A stretch of 64,000 nucleotides of DNA from Desulfuromonas sp. (GCF_002868845.1 NZ_PKUB01000044.1:32041-96040), one strand, 5' to 3'; counted from the stretch's first letter, positions 46,369-56,060 are shown. Numbers and translations are program-made. The notes: generated by a model not told the origin, from the sequence alone.

Positions 46369-49215
46369 TTACAGGGTTTTGAGATATTCGATCAGATCGT
46401 TGAGCTGGTTCTTGGTCATGTCGTTGGTGACCCCGTGGGTATCGTCGGGATTGAACCGGGTCCAAATCTCCTCCAGGGTCTCGGAGCGTCCGTCGTGGAG
46501 ATAGGGGGCCGTTTCGTAGATGTTGTTGAGGTGGGGCACGTCGAAGGTGTCCTTGGTGTCCAGCTCGGAGATGACCCCCACGTTGGCGAGCTTGCGGTTG
46601 GTGTAGTAGGGCCCGGAATGACAGAAATCGCAGCGGTTCTCCTCGTGGATTTCAGCACCGTCGTTGGTGCGGGTGCGCTCGAACATCTTTTTCCCCCGGC
46701 GCTGGGCGTCGGAAAGCTCTTCGCCACGGAAGCGGTTGGGATTGCGCGGAATGGTGCAGATATAGTGTTCGAGGGCCTTCACCTGTTCCGGCGTGAAGGG
46801 GTCGATGCGGGTAAAAAAGACCGCCAGCCGGGGCCCGCACTGCCGGCTCAGGGTCGGGTTCTTTCCCGTCCATTTGAAGGGAGCCGTATCGAGGATGCCC
46901 CGCAGGGAGCGGTTGTCGACGGGGTTCAGGCCGAGGCCGTCCGGCTCGAGATCGTAGGTGATGCCGTCGATGCCACCGTCGGGGTGGCAGGAATGACAGG
47001 AGAACTGCTGCCCGAAAGTCACCTCGGCGCTGTGGAACACCCGCTCGCCGAAGCGTTGCTGGGTGATTTGCTCGGGGCCGCCCAGGCCGATCACGGCGAT
47101 CCGCTCGTTGCGCTTCGCGTCGATCACCGAAACGGAGTCGTCCAGGGCGTCCGCCACGTAAACATAGCGGCCGTCGCGCGAAGCGGCGAGGCCCCGGGGA
47201 CTGCGGCCCACGCCGATGCGCTTGAGGACGAACTGGCTCGAGACGCCGAGATGATTGGGCAGGACCTCCCTGCGCTCCTCTTCGGTGGCGCGGCCGAGAA
47301 CCTCCTTCATGCGCCCAAGGTCGATCACCGCCACCGCGTCGATCCCCCCGCCGGAGACGTAGGCGAAATCCCCCGCCGGCGAGATGACCACGTCCGTGGG
47401 GTCGGCGAAGTAGTGCCCCGGCTCGTCGAGCAGCAGCTGGTCGACCCGCCCGTCCCGCCACAGAACCCCGATGCCGTTGGTGATGACCCCGCCCTGGATG
47501 ACGCGGGTGATAGGGACGAGGTTCTTGGTGCGCAGCAGGGTCACCAGTCCGAACTCCCCGTCGGGGGCGAAGTCGATGCCCTGCACGAGGTTGGCGTCGG
47601 GGATGGAGATGCGCCGGGACACCCGGGCCTGCTCAGTCCCCACGACGGTGACCTCCGATCGGGAGGAGGCGCGGAACTCCACGAAATGGGAAAGGTTGTT
47701 GGTCACGAACACCGAGGCGCCGCCGGGAACGCGGCTCACTCCCCAGGTGCCCCGCCCGGCCGCCAGCCGCTTGGCTTCGCGGCCGCTCTGCAGATCGACC
47801 ACAGAGACGTCTCCCGAGCCGGCGTTGGCCACGTAGAGGGTCTCGCCCGCCGCATCGGTGACGAGACCGTGGGGTTCGTCCCCGACGGCGATGGTTGCGA
47901 TGACCTCCCAGGATCGGGCATCGACCACCGAGACGGAATCCGAACCGCGGTTGCTGACGAACACACGGTCCTCGTCGGGGGAGAGACAGACCCCGTTGGG
48001 CTGGTTCTGCAGGGGAATCTCGGCCACCAGGGTGCGGCTCCGGGTATCGACGACCGCCAGGCTGTCGGAGGCCTCGCAGGCGACGAAAAGAAGCCGGCCG
48101 TCCCGGGAAAGGGCCAGATCGACGGGTGTCTTGTATCGGGGGCCGGCAGCCCCGGCAGCTCCCGATTCGGGTTTTGCATGGGCGATGGAGCCGGGCATCC
48201 CCCCGTAGTCGAAGCTCTCCCCGTGATAGCCGCTGTGGCAGCCCTCGCATGTCCCGCGCTCCACCGCGCCCAGGACGACCGTTCCACCGGCCGCCGCGTG
48301 CGCGCCCCCCGGGCCGTGGCAGCTCTCGCACTGCACCCCGAGTTCAACCGCAACGGGAGCGGCAAAAGGATCGGCCGAACCGGCCGACCCGGTGGCATGA
48401 CAGCGCAGGCATTGGGAAGCCCGGCGCGGATCGGCCGTCAGCCCGGCGTCTTTCGCGACGGCCCTGGCCCGGTCGGTGCCGAGGACGGCGTGGGCCTCGG
48501 CGTGGGCCGACAAACGCCATTTGCTGTAGGCGAATCCCGCGGCCTCCCCCCGGTGACACCCGCCGCAGACCCGGGCACCGACAAAACCGGACTCGGAATA
48601 GCCTGCGTCCGCCCCCCCCGCGGCGGCGGGAAGGGCCCCTCCCCTGCCCGGATGGGCGATCTTTTCAAGCGCCTCTTCGTAGACGAACTCCCTGACCTCC
48701 AGCACCGCCTGGTGGGAGCCCTTCGGGATGTGGCAGTCCAGGCAGAGGTCCTGTCCGCGCATCCGCAGGCCGGCCTGCATCGCCGCCTTTCGGTCGGCCA
48801 TGACCCCGGCCTCTGCGTATTCGCTGCCGGGACCGTGGCAATGCTCGCAGCCGATTCCGTCCTCTGTGAAAAAGGTTGCATCGAGCTGCCAGGGCTCGGC
48901 GTCGGAGGCCGTCGCGTGGCATCCCAGGCAGACCGGGCTTTTGAAGGGATCCACGTCGATCCCGGACAGGCGCGCGATCTCCTTCGACTCGGGCATGGAC
49001 AGGGCCGCGTAAGCCCGGGCGTGGGCGGAGCGATACCAGGGGTTGAACTGGTCGCGGTGATCCGAGTCGTGGCACCGGCGGCAAACGCCCTGCCCGACAT
49101 AGACCGCATCCGCATCGGAGGCGGCCTGGGCCCGGACCTCCCCGCCGATGGGCAGGACCAGGCAGAGAACGCCCCAAAGGAACAGGCCCGGAAGAATCTT
49201 CGAAGATTGAAACAT
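46369..49215 (-). CDS. Fusion protein with ten CxxCH motifs: two tandem tetrahaem (c554-like) modules, a YVTN beta-propeller and a dihaem cytochrome c peroxidase (CCP/MauG-like)
   Basis: CxxCH motifs: CRRCH, CLGCH, CEHCH, CLDCH, CGGCH, CLRCH, CESCH, CEGCH, CHSCH, CDFCH. YVTN-like repeats (LAVVDTRS..., VSVVDARS..., VSVVDLQS...). The C-terminal APYLHDG motif is typical of bacterial CCPs. Confidence 0.85.
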   Translation of the reverse strand: MFQSSKILPGLFLWGVLCLVLPIGGEVRAQAASDADAVYVGQGVCRRCHDSDHRDQFNPWYRSAHARAYAALSMPESKEIARLSGIDVDPFKSPVCLGCHATASDAEPWQLDATFFTEDGIGCEHCHGPGSEYAEAGVMADRKAAMQAGLRMRGQDLCLDCHIPKGSHQAVLEVREFVYEEALEKIAHPGRGGALPAAAGGADAGYSESGFVGARVCGGCHRGEAAGFAYSKWRLSAHAEAHAVLGTDRARAVAKDAGLTADPRRASQCLRCHATGSAGSADPFAAPVAVELGVQCESCHGPGGAHAAAGGTVVLGAVERGTCEGCHSGYHGESFDYGGMPGSIAHAKPESGAAGAAGPRYKTPVDLALSRDGRLLFVACEASDSLAVVDTRSRTLVAEIPLQNQPNGVCLSPDEDRVFVSNRGSDSVSVVDARSWEVIATIAVGDEPHGLVTDAAGETLYVANAGSGDVSVVDLQSGREAKRLAAGRGTWGVSRVPGGASVFVTNNLSHFVEFRASSRSEVTVVGTEQARVSRRISIPDANLVQGIDFAPDGEFGLVTLLRTKNLVPITRVIQGGVITNGIGVLWRDGRVDQLLLDEPGHYFADPTDVVISPAGDFAYVSGGGIDAVAVIDLGRMKEVLGRATEEERREVLPNHLGVSSQFVLKRIGVGRSPRGLAASRDGRYVYVADALDDSVSVIDAKRNERIAVIGLGGPEQITQQRFGERVFHSAEVTFGQQFSCHSCHPDGGIDGITYDLEPDGLGLNPVDNRSLRGILDTAPFKWTGKNPTLSRQCGPRLAVFFTRIDPFTPEQVKALEHYICTIPRNPNRFRGEELSDAQRRGKKMFERTRTNDGAEIHEENRCDFCHSGPYYTNRKLANVGVISELDTKDTFDVPHLNNIYETAPYLHDGRSETLEEIWTRFNPDDTHGVTNDMTKNQLNDLIEYLKTL

Positions 49216-49234
49216 GGTGCACCCTTCCCTGGGA

Positions 49235-50884
49235 TCAGTCGGAGGCAGGTTCGGTCACGGTCACTATCCGGTCGGCGGTCACATTTTCGAGAACCTGCAC
49301 CCCTCCGTCGGGCCAGCGGATCTCGATTCGCTCCGCCTTGGCGGCGGCGCCGAGACCGAAATGAACCCGAAGGTCCCCCTGAGAGAGGTAGCCGGAACTG
49401 CTGCGCACGTCTGCGACCTGGGTCACGCCGCCGGCGGTGAGCCGAACCCGGGTGCCGAGGGCGTCCCGGTTGCTGCGCGTGCCCCTGGCGCGGATGGAAA
49501 GCCAGTGGCTGCGGTTGCCGCCGTCGTTGCGCAGCAGGCGGGGAGTGTCGTTGAGGTTCAGAACGAGGATGTCAAGGTCGCCGTCGTTGTCGATGTCCCC
49601 GATAGCCGAGCCCCGGCTGACCGACCTTTTTCGGGGGTCGAGCCCGGCGCGGCCGGAGACGTCCACAAAGCGGCGGCCGTCCCGGTTGAGCAGAAGCAGG
49701 TCTTCCTCCGGTTCGAGGAAACGGCTGTCACCGTTGGTAAGAAAGATGTCGAGGCGCCCGTCGCCGTCGAAATCGAAGAGATTCCCCTACCAGCTTGTGT
49801 ACTGCCCGGCTGCGGCCGCGAGGCCCGTCTTGGCGCTCATCTCCTCGAAAAAACCGCGCCCGGTGTTGCGGTAAAGGCACCCGTAGCCCATGTCCGGCAC
49901 CAGCAGGTCGATCAGGCCGTCTCGGTCGAAGTCGCCGAACTCGGGGCCCATGGCCGAGGTGGCTTCGCCGTTCTGCCCGAAACCGGTGCCGGTCAGGGGC
50001 GCGACGTTGCTGAAGGTGCCGTTGCCGTTGTTCCGGTACAGATAGTTCTCCATGGCGTCGTTGGCCACGAAGATGTCCGTGTCGCCGTCGTCGTCGAAAT
50101 CGCTGGCGGCAACGCCCATGCCCCGGCCCCGGGGATTGAAAAGCCCCGCCGCCCGGGTCGTCTCCTCGAAGGTCCCGTCGCCCCGGTTGCGGTAGAGGGC
50201 GTCCGGCTGCCCCGGGTAGGACAGGGGGCCGGGAAAGGCGTCGCCGGCGTAAAACGAGCGGTACTTGGGGTCGAAATCGAGGTAGTTGGCGACAAAGAGA
50301 TCGAGAAAGCCGTCCCGATCGTAGTCGAGAAAAGTGCAGCCCACGGACCACAGGTCACCGGCGACTCCGGCCTTCGCCGTGACGTCGGAGAAGGTGCCGT
50401 CGCCGTTGTTGCGATAGAGGACGTTGGGGCCGTAGTTGGTGACAAAGAGGTCGGCGTCGCCGTCGTTGTCATAGTCGGCGGCCAGGCAGGCCATCCCGTA
50501 GCCGTCATCGCCGACGCCGGCCTTCGCCGTGACGTCGGAGAAGGTGCCGTCGCCGTTGTTGCGATAGAGGGCGTTGCGAAGCCCGGAGGCCATCCGCCGC
50601 CCGCGCGGATGGTTGACCTCCTTGCGGTAGCTTCCGTTGACGAGGTAGATGTCGAGGCGCCCGTCGCCGTCGTAATCGAAGAAGGCGACGCCGGCTCCGG
50701 TCGACTCGACGATATTGCTCAGCGCCTGGTCGCCGATGGAGTGGACAAAAGTGATCCCGGCCTCCTCCGTGATATCCCGCAGAACCGGTAGCTCCGCCTG
50801 CCCGCTCCGCCCCTCGCCGGGCAGAACCAGCCCCAGAACCAGGAGCAGGCCCAGCGCTACACTCCCTGCCGTGGTCCTTCTCAT
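49235..50884 (-). pseudogene. CRTAC1-family gene interrupted by a single in-frame TAG (49787-49789)
   Basis: Track ORFs 49787..50950 and 49235..49666 are in the same frame. My translation across the junction reads AGQYTSW*GNLFDFDGDGRLDIFLTNG with no other stop. The likely start MRRTTAGS at 50884 forms an ATGA overlap. Confidence 0.75.
50367..50570. repeat. Perfect 54-nt direct repeat (50367-50420 and 50517-50570), period 150 nt
   Basis: Both copies read ccggccttcgccgtgacgtcggagaaggtgccgtcgccgttgttgcgatagagg. Each encodes LYRNNGDGTFSDVTAKAG. Confidence 0.9.
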
Positions 50885-52788
50885 CGTCCACCCCCTTGCC
50901 TGCTGTCGTAGAAGGCCCCCAGGTCGATCCATTCGACGAGGGTTCGCCACTCCCCTTCGGTCAGCCGGGAGGGGCCGTGATGCCCGTCGGCGCCGTCCCC
51001 CGCCCCCCGGGCACGAAGAAGGGGCCGAAGGAGCAGGCTCTGCCGGGCGCTGCCCGGGACCAGGTAGGGACTTCCCGGCCCGAGCAGGGCGTCGAAGTCG
51101 GAGTCGCCGCCGGTCAGGGCCGGCGCGGCGCCCTCCGGGCCGTGACAGGCGGCGCAGCGCTCGCGAAGGATCGGGGCGACTTGCCGGACATAGTCGACGC
51201 TGCGCCGTGCTTCGGGCGGGGGCGTCATGGGCACCTCGGGCTTGAGGATCGCCTGGGCAAGCCGGTTTGGCGGCACCCGCTCCCGGTCTTCGTGACAGCC
51301 GATGCAGAGGCGCGACTCCCCCGGCATCACCCAGGTCCAGGAGAGCTGGCCGGCCACGGCCATGCCCTGTTCATCCAGAAGCTGAAAAGCCAGGGGGGTC
51401 TCCGCCGGAACCCGGACATGAAAGGAGCCGTCCGGCTCCACCGGGGCGACGCCGAGAACCCGCCGGGGGGCGATCGCTCCGTCCCGAAGGTCTTCCTCGG
51501 TCCGGGCCATCGCCTCGACGATCCGCACCTCCTTGATCGAACCGGGAACCATCTCCTTCATGGCAAAGTGCTCGCTGATATAGACGTTCAGGCAATAAAA
51601 GACCCCGGTGTCCGGAAACCGGAAACCGACGATGGACGAACGCCCCCTCACCTCTGGGCGGGGGGCGAGAACCTGCGCATCGACGCAGTGGCGCATCGGT
51701 TCGGAATAGAGTGCCCGGAGCCGCCCTCCCGTCTCCGGGTCGATCTCCCAGAGTGCGAAGACGTCGTCCTTGCCGCTCCGGTAGGAGGCCAGCAGGCGGC
51801 CGTCGGGCATCGGACAGGGGCTGTGGAAAAAGCCGCCGACTTCGGAGGCGAGCAGACGTCGTGAATGAAGGGGCCGTAGCCGGGAGACAAAGGCGAGGTC
51901 GCCCCCCCCGAGGGGGGCCGAAGTGCGCGACTCGACATAGTAAACCCGCTCTCCGGTCGGGGCGACCCGCGCCGTCGTCATGTGCAGGGCCCGGCCCGTC
52001 TCCCCGGCAAAGAGCATGAGGTCGGTCCCGTCCATGTTGACGGCCATTAGCCCCAGCTCTCCCCGGGTTCCGAGGCGGGAGGCGTCGGGACGCCAGCTGC
52101 TGAAGACGAGGCGGCCGTTGGGCAGAACGTCCTGATCGAAACTTGGGTCGATGTTGAAGGTGATTCTCCGCGAAGAGCTTCCGTCCAGATTGCAGGTGTA
52201 AAGGGCGACCTGAGGAGCGACGGCGGCCGACGCTCCCTTTTCGATGCCGACATAGGCGATCTGAGGGGTCGGGGCCGCGTCGTTCAGGTGAAAGAGAGAA
52301 CCGATGTAAAGGGGGGAGACCGCATCGGCCTGTCCCCGGGTGAGCTGGACGGGATTGGAGCCGTCGGCCTCCATGCGCCAGACCTGCCAGGGGTCCCCTG
52401 CCTTGCGCTTGCCGGCGAACAGGATGTGGCGGCCGTCGAAGGAGACAGCCGGGTCGCGGGCCGAGAGAAAATCGCGAGACAGGAGGGTCGATCGCCCGGT
52501 GGGGTCGGCCGACCCGATGCGAACGATCTGGCAGCCGTCGACATACCGAACTGCGAAGGGGGAGTCATCCGGCCGGGCCGACGGAGCTTCTGCGCCTGTC
52601 GGCATCCTGACCATAACCAGATCCGGTTCGCTTCCCGGTGCGGCGCTTGCCGCCGCCGCAAAGCAACAGGACAGGGCCAGCAAAAAGACCAGCAGCCGGA
52701 GAAGGAACAGGAGCGGCCGCAAAGGGGGCCAGTCCGGGGATCCTCTCCGATTCATGACAAGTAAACTGTCCATAAGCCGTTGATACAC
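50881..52788 (-). CDS. Exported PD40/TolB-like beta-propeller protein with two C-terminal haem c motifs (HzsA-middle-domain-like plus PSCyt-like)
   Basis: TM/signal LLFLLRLLVFLLALSCCFAAAASA. PD40-like motifs (FDGRHILFAG...WQVWRMEADGSNPVQLT). CIGCH, and VAPILRERCAACHG. The start is uncertain: GTG 52788, or ATG 52773 or 52755. Confidence 0.7.
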   Translation of the reverse strand: MYQRLMDSLLVMNRRGSPDWPPLRPLLFLLRLLVFLLALSCCFAAAASAAPGSEPDLVMVRMPTGAEAPSARPDDSPFAVRYVDGCQIVRIGSADPTGRSTLLSRDFLSARDPAVSFDGRHILFAGKRKAGDPWQVWRMEADGSNPVQLTRGQADAVSPLYIGSLFHLNDAAPTPQIAYVGIEKGASAAVAPQVALYTCNLDGSSSRRITFNIDPSFDQDVLPNGRLVFSSWRPDASRLGTRGELGLMAVNMDGTDLMLFAGETGRALHMTTARVAPTGERVYYVESRTSAPLGGGDLAFVSRLRPLHSRRLLASEVGGFFHSPCPMPDGRLLASYRSGKDDVFALWEIDPETGGRLRALYSEPMRHCVDAQVLAPRPEVRGRSSIVGFRFPDTGVFYCLNVYISEHFAMKEMVPGSIKEVRIVEAMARTEEDLRDGAIAPRRVLGVAPVEPDGSFHVRVPAETPLAFQLLDEQGMAVAGQLSWTWVMPGESRLCIGCHEDRERVPPNRLAQAILKPEVPMTPPPEARRSVDYVRQVAPILRERCAACHGPEGAAPALTGGDSDFDALLGPGSPYLVPGSARQSLLLRPLLRARGAGDGADGHHGPSRLTEGEWRTLVEWIDLGAFYDSRQGGGR

Positions 52789-53089
52789 CGTCTCTCCATA
52801 TCCATGCCGTGGGCCGGGCGAACGATCTGCCGGACCGGAAGAATCGAAATCTCAGAGGGAATAACTACCATAAATGCAATTATTCATACAATGTTTTATA
52901 AGGCCGGCGTCCCGGTCTGCCCCGAGGTCGCAGCCAGGCCCCGGCGCCGGGACGACAAGTCGCCATGGGAGAGGGAACGGTCTGGCGGGCGGAAGGCCGG
53001 GCAAGGGAAATGGCGGCGTGGAGACGAGACCGCCCCTGCTTCGAGTGGCAGAGGCGACGAGGGGGAGCGCTACCCGGTGGAACGGACCC

Positions 53090-55579
53090 TTATACCGGGA
53101 ACCGGAGCGTGAAGGTGCTCCCCTGCCCCGGGAGGCTCTGCACCTCTATGCGGCCGTCGTGGTCGGAGACGATATTATGGGTGATGGCCAGCCCCAGACC
53201 GGTCCCCTCGCCCTTGCAGGTGAAAAAGGGCTCAAAGAGCAGGGGGATGCGCTCCGGCGGAATGCCCTCCCCCGTGTCGCGTACGGTCACCAGGGCCCAG
53301 CCGCCCTCGAGGCGGGTGGAGACAGACAGGGTCCCTCCGCCGGACATCGCCTCCAGGGCGTTGGTAAACAGATTGAGAAAAGCCTGCTTGAGCTTGCCTG
53401 CGTCAAGGGGGAAGGGAGGCACGGCGTCGTCCAGGTCGACATCGAGCTTCACTCCCCCGTTCTGGCACAGCTTCTTGACCAGAAAAAGAGTGTCCTCCAG
53501 CACCTGCCTCACGTCCCCCGGCTCCAGACTGGTCTGGGACTGGGAGGCGAAATTCAGCAATTCCCCGACCAGCCCCTCGAGACGTTCCATCTCTCCGAGG
53601 GCTCTGCGGATCAGGGCCTGATCGCCGGGGTTGCTGAGCAGGCGGTCATGGAGTTCGTCCAGCAGGAGGCTGATCCCGGTCAGGGGGTTGCGGACCTCGT
53701 GGGCGATCCCCGCAGAGAGCCGCCCGAGGGAGGCAAGGCGGTCCATGCGCTCCATCTGCCGTCGAAGCTGGACCCGCTCTGTGAGATCCTCCACGGTCAG
53801 GATGTGCCCCCCCTCCTCGCCCGTAGACAGGGGCAGCAGCGCGAGCCGGAAGACGAGCTGTCCGGCATTGCGCTGGAGGTCGACGTAACGGCTCCAGCGG
53901 CCCCGCTTCCTCTCCCCCTGCCCCTCCAGTGCCTCGAGAATCTCCGGCCAGGAGCGGAGCAACTCGGCGAAAGGAGCGACCCCGGGATGCGCTTCGAGCC
54001 CCAGGATGCGGCAGGCCGGTTCGTTGACCGAGGTGACCATGCCTTCGGGGTCGAGGGTCAGGATGCCCGTCTCGATATTTTCGACGATGGTCTCCTTGAA
54101 ATTGCGCTCCATGAGGATGTCGCGCCTCGAGGTGCGCAAGTCGCGGAGGGTCTTGAGCAGCTTCTTGCGCCGCAGGTTCAGCTCCTGGGCCATGGCGTTG
54201 AAGGACTGAGCCAGGTCGCCCACCTCGTCGTGGGAGGTCACCTCCACCTGGGCGGCGAACTTCCCCCTCGCCATCTCCTTGGTGCCCGCGATCAACTGGG
54301 AGAGGGGCCCGGCGATGCTGCGAGCCAGAAGGTAAGCGGCGATGAAGACCATCAGCCCCGTCACCGTGATCAGGGTCCAGGTCTGGCTGACAAAACGGGT
54401 GAATTCCCGGCGGATCAGGGAGGAGGCCTGGTGGGCGGGCTTGTGGAACTGCCGAAGCTCGGCCCCGATGGTAATCCCCCCGAAGATGCCGCGCTTCCCG
54501 TAGTCCCCCCCGGCATAGCGGATCGGCGCATAGGCCATGATCTTTTTCGATCCACCCACGTTGGTGACGTCGACGACACCCGATTGACCGCCGAGGACCG
54601 CCTCGGCCGCGACCGGGTAGTTGGCATGGATGAAATCGGCATAAAAGAGGTTATATGGAATGGCCCCCCTTTCCACCGCTTCGGGAGCCGACTCGGCGGT
54701 ATAGGGGGGGACCAGCCGCCCCCGGCGGTCGAGCCCGCGGATGTCCCAGAATTTAGGGTGGGTGATGATCCAGCCCTCGTCGTCGAACATGAAAGCGTAG
54801 TTGCCGCTGTCGTAGGAGGGAAAGACCACATAGCGCTCATCGGTGAGGGCGATGTGCTGGGTGAACTCCATGAGGTGCCGGTGATCCAGGGACAGAACGA
54901 CGACCCCCCGCAGTTCCCCGGAGGGCGCGCGAACCGGCATGGCGAAATGGACCACCCCGCGATAGTGCTCGCCCTCGACCGCCTCCTCGGGGGTCGAGGC
55001 CCCCTGCAGCTGGGCTTCCTTGCTGACATGCCAGCCGGTGACGCGGGAAAGGTAGCTCCGCCCCGGCGGCAGATCGCGGGCCTGCAGGAAGTAGGTTTCA
55101 GGCAGGTAGGTGGTATTCGCCGGATCCGAGACGTCCCGCAGCTCACCCAGGGCCCTGTCGCCCTCGATCCGCAGGCGTTCCCGCCCTTCCGGACCGACAA
55201 AGGCCAGTTCGGAATAAAGGGGCACCGATTCGCGGATTTCCACCGGGGCCGCGTTGGTTCCGCCGCGGTACCAGATGACCTTGCGGTGGTTGCGGCTGAA
55301 CTGAAGATAATCCTCGGCACGGGGGGGCAGAAGTGCGAGGTCTCGCAGGTCGGCCTCGACGGAACGGAGGAAATCCGCCACATCCCGGGCCACCATCTGG
55401 GCACGAAGCTCAAGCCCCTCGGCCACCTGTGTGTCGAGGGCGTCGGTCGCGCTTCCCAGCAGTTGGGTCTCAACCGCCCGCAGACTATGGTGGGAATTGA
55501 GGGCCAGAAGAATCAGGGGGATGAGAGAGAGGGCCCAAAAGGCCAAAAGGACCTTTTTATGCAGATTTACCCGAAACAT
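53090..55579 (-). CDS. Sensor histidine kinase (periplasmic Cache-like, HAMP, PAS, HisKA, HATPase)
   Basis: TM helix, then a roughly 330-aa periplasmic domain and a second TM helix. HAMP ([18 protein letters not shown]), H-box ([12 protein letters not shown]) and G-box ([13 protein letters not shown]). Confidence 0.9.
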   Translation of the reverse strand: MFRVNLHKKVLLAFWALSLIPLILLALNSHHSLRAVETQLLGSATDALDTQVAEGLELRAQMVARDVADFLRSVEADLRDLALLPPRAEDYLQFSRNHRKVIWYRGGTNAAPVEIRESVPLYSELAFVGPEGRERLRIEGDRALGELRDVSDPANTTYLPETYFLQARDLPPGRSYLSRVTGWHVSKEAQLQGASTPEEAVEGEHYRGVVHFAMPVRAPSGELRGVVVLSLDHRHLMEFTQHIALTDERYVVFPSYDSGNYAFMFDDEGWIITHPKFWDIRGLDRRGRLVPPYTAESAPEAVERGAIPYNLFYADFIHANYPVAAEAVLGGQSGVVDVTNVGGSKKIMAYAPIRYAGGDYGKRGIFGGITIGAELRQFHKPAHQASSLIRREFTRFVSQTWTLITVTGLMVFIAAYLLARSIAGPLSQLIAGTKEMARGKFAAQVEVTSHDEVGDLAQSFNAMAQELNLRRKKLLKTLRDLRTSRRDILMERNFKETIVENIETGILTLDPEGMVTSVNEPACRILGLEAHPGVAPFAELLRSWPEILEALEGQGERKRGRWSRYVDLQRNAGQLVFRLALLPLSTGEEGGHILTVEDLTERVQLRRQMERMDRLASLGRLSAGIAHEVRNPLTGISLLLDELHDRLLSNPGDQALIRRALGEMERLEGLVGELLNFASQSQTSLEPGDVRQVLEDTLFLVKKLCQNGGVKLDVDLDDAVPPFPLDAGKLKQAFLNLFTNALEAMSGGGTLSVSTRLEGGWALVTVRDTGEGIPPERIPLLFEPFFTCKGEGTGLGLAITHNIVSDHDGRIEVQSLPGQGSTFTLRFPV

Positions 55580-55660
55580 GGGGCGATTATAGCAGGAAGG
55601 CAGGAGACCGGGAAAGCCCCGACAGGAGAAAGAGACCTGCGAGCGTCAGACGGCAAAGAA

Positions 55661-55897
55661 TCAGAGGGGGCGCCGGGAAGGGCGGAAACACTGCCGGCAG
55701 TCGACCGCCAGGGGGAGCAGGCGTCGGTGCTTGTCCAGAGCCTCGTCGAGGGACGCCCCATCGTTGATGATGACATCTTCGGTGGCGAAAAAGGTCTTGG
55801 CCACGTGGGAGCCATCGGGGCGGGAGAAGACCAGGATCTCATAGTCCTCCCCATCGAGGGAGAGATTGCTTTGGTGAACCAGGGTTTCAGATTCCAT
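55661..55897 (-). CDS. Small hypothetical protein (78 aa) preceding the kinase
   Basis: The ORF is strongly GC3-biased and sits directly downstream of a sigma54 promoter. No clear Shine-Dalgarno was found. Confidence 0.45.
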   Translation of the reverse strand: MESETLVHQSNLSLDGEDYEILVFSRPDGSHVAKTFFATEDVIINDGASLDEALDKHRRLLPLAVDCRQCFRPSRRPL

Positions 55898-55950
55898 GGC
55901 GAGCCTGCCGAGAATAGGGGCAAATCAAGTTGCCTGTTCGTCGATCTAGC

Positions 55951-55966
55951 AGCAAATTCCGCGCCA
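55951..55966 (-). promoter_or_regulatory. Sigma54 promoter TGGCGC-N5-TTGCT
   Basis: The reverse complement of agcaaattccgcgcca is TGGCGCggaatTTGCT, with GG-N10-GC spacing. It lies 54 nt upstream of the ATG at 55897 and just downstream of the ispB terminator. Confidence 0.5.
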
Positions 55967-56020
55967 ACCCCGTAGCCGCCCCCCTGAACACGGTAGTTTT
56001 CCCATAAAACAGGCTCCAAA

Positions 56021-56060
56021 CGAAAATCGCCCCCTCTACCATTTCGGCACAGGGGGCGAT
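56021..56060 (-). terminator. Rho-independent terminator after ispB
   Basis: The 10-bp stem atcgccccct (56026-56035) pairs with agggggcgat (56051-56060). It is followed on the minus strand by TTTCGTTT. Confidence 0.55.

Noticed and set aside
45133-49440. A 1435-aa plus-strand ORF, the longest in the window
   Set aside because: It lies antisense to three well-supported minus-strand genes. Its translation is low-complexity and rich in G, A, R, P and D, with no motifs. This is a typical shadow ORF in high-GC DNA.
52874-55975. A 1033-aa plus-strand ORF, with similar long antisense ORFs at 9915..12344, 3285..4967, 5080..6915, 5090..7075, 39229..41025 and 22596..24833
   Set aside because: All lie opposite genes with clear domain signatures (kinase, ppk1, DUF3422-like, cpxRA, FG-GAP protein, hypF). 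All have Arg/Gly/Pro-rich nonsense-like translations.
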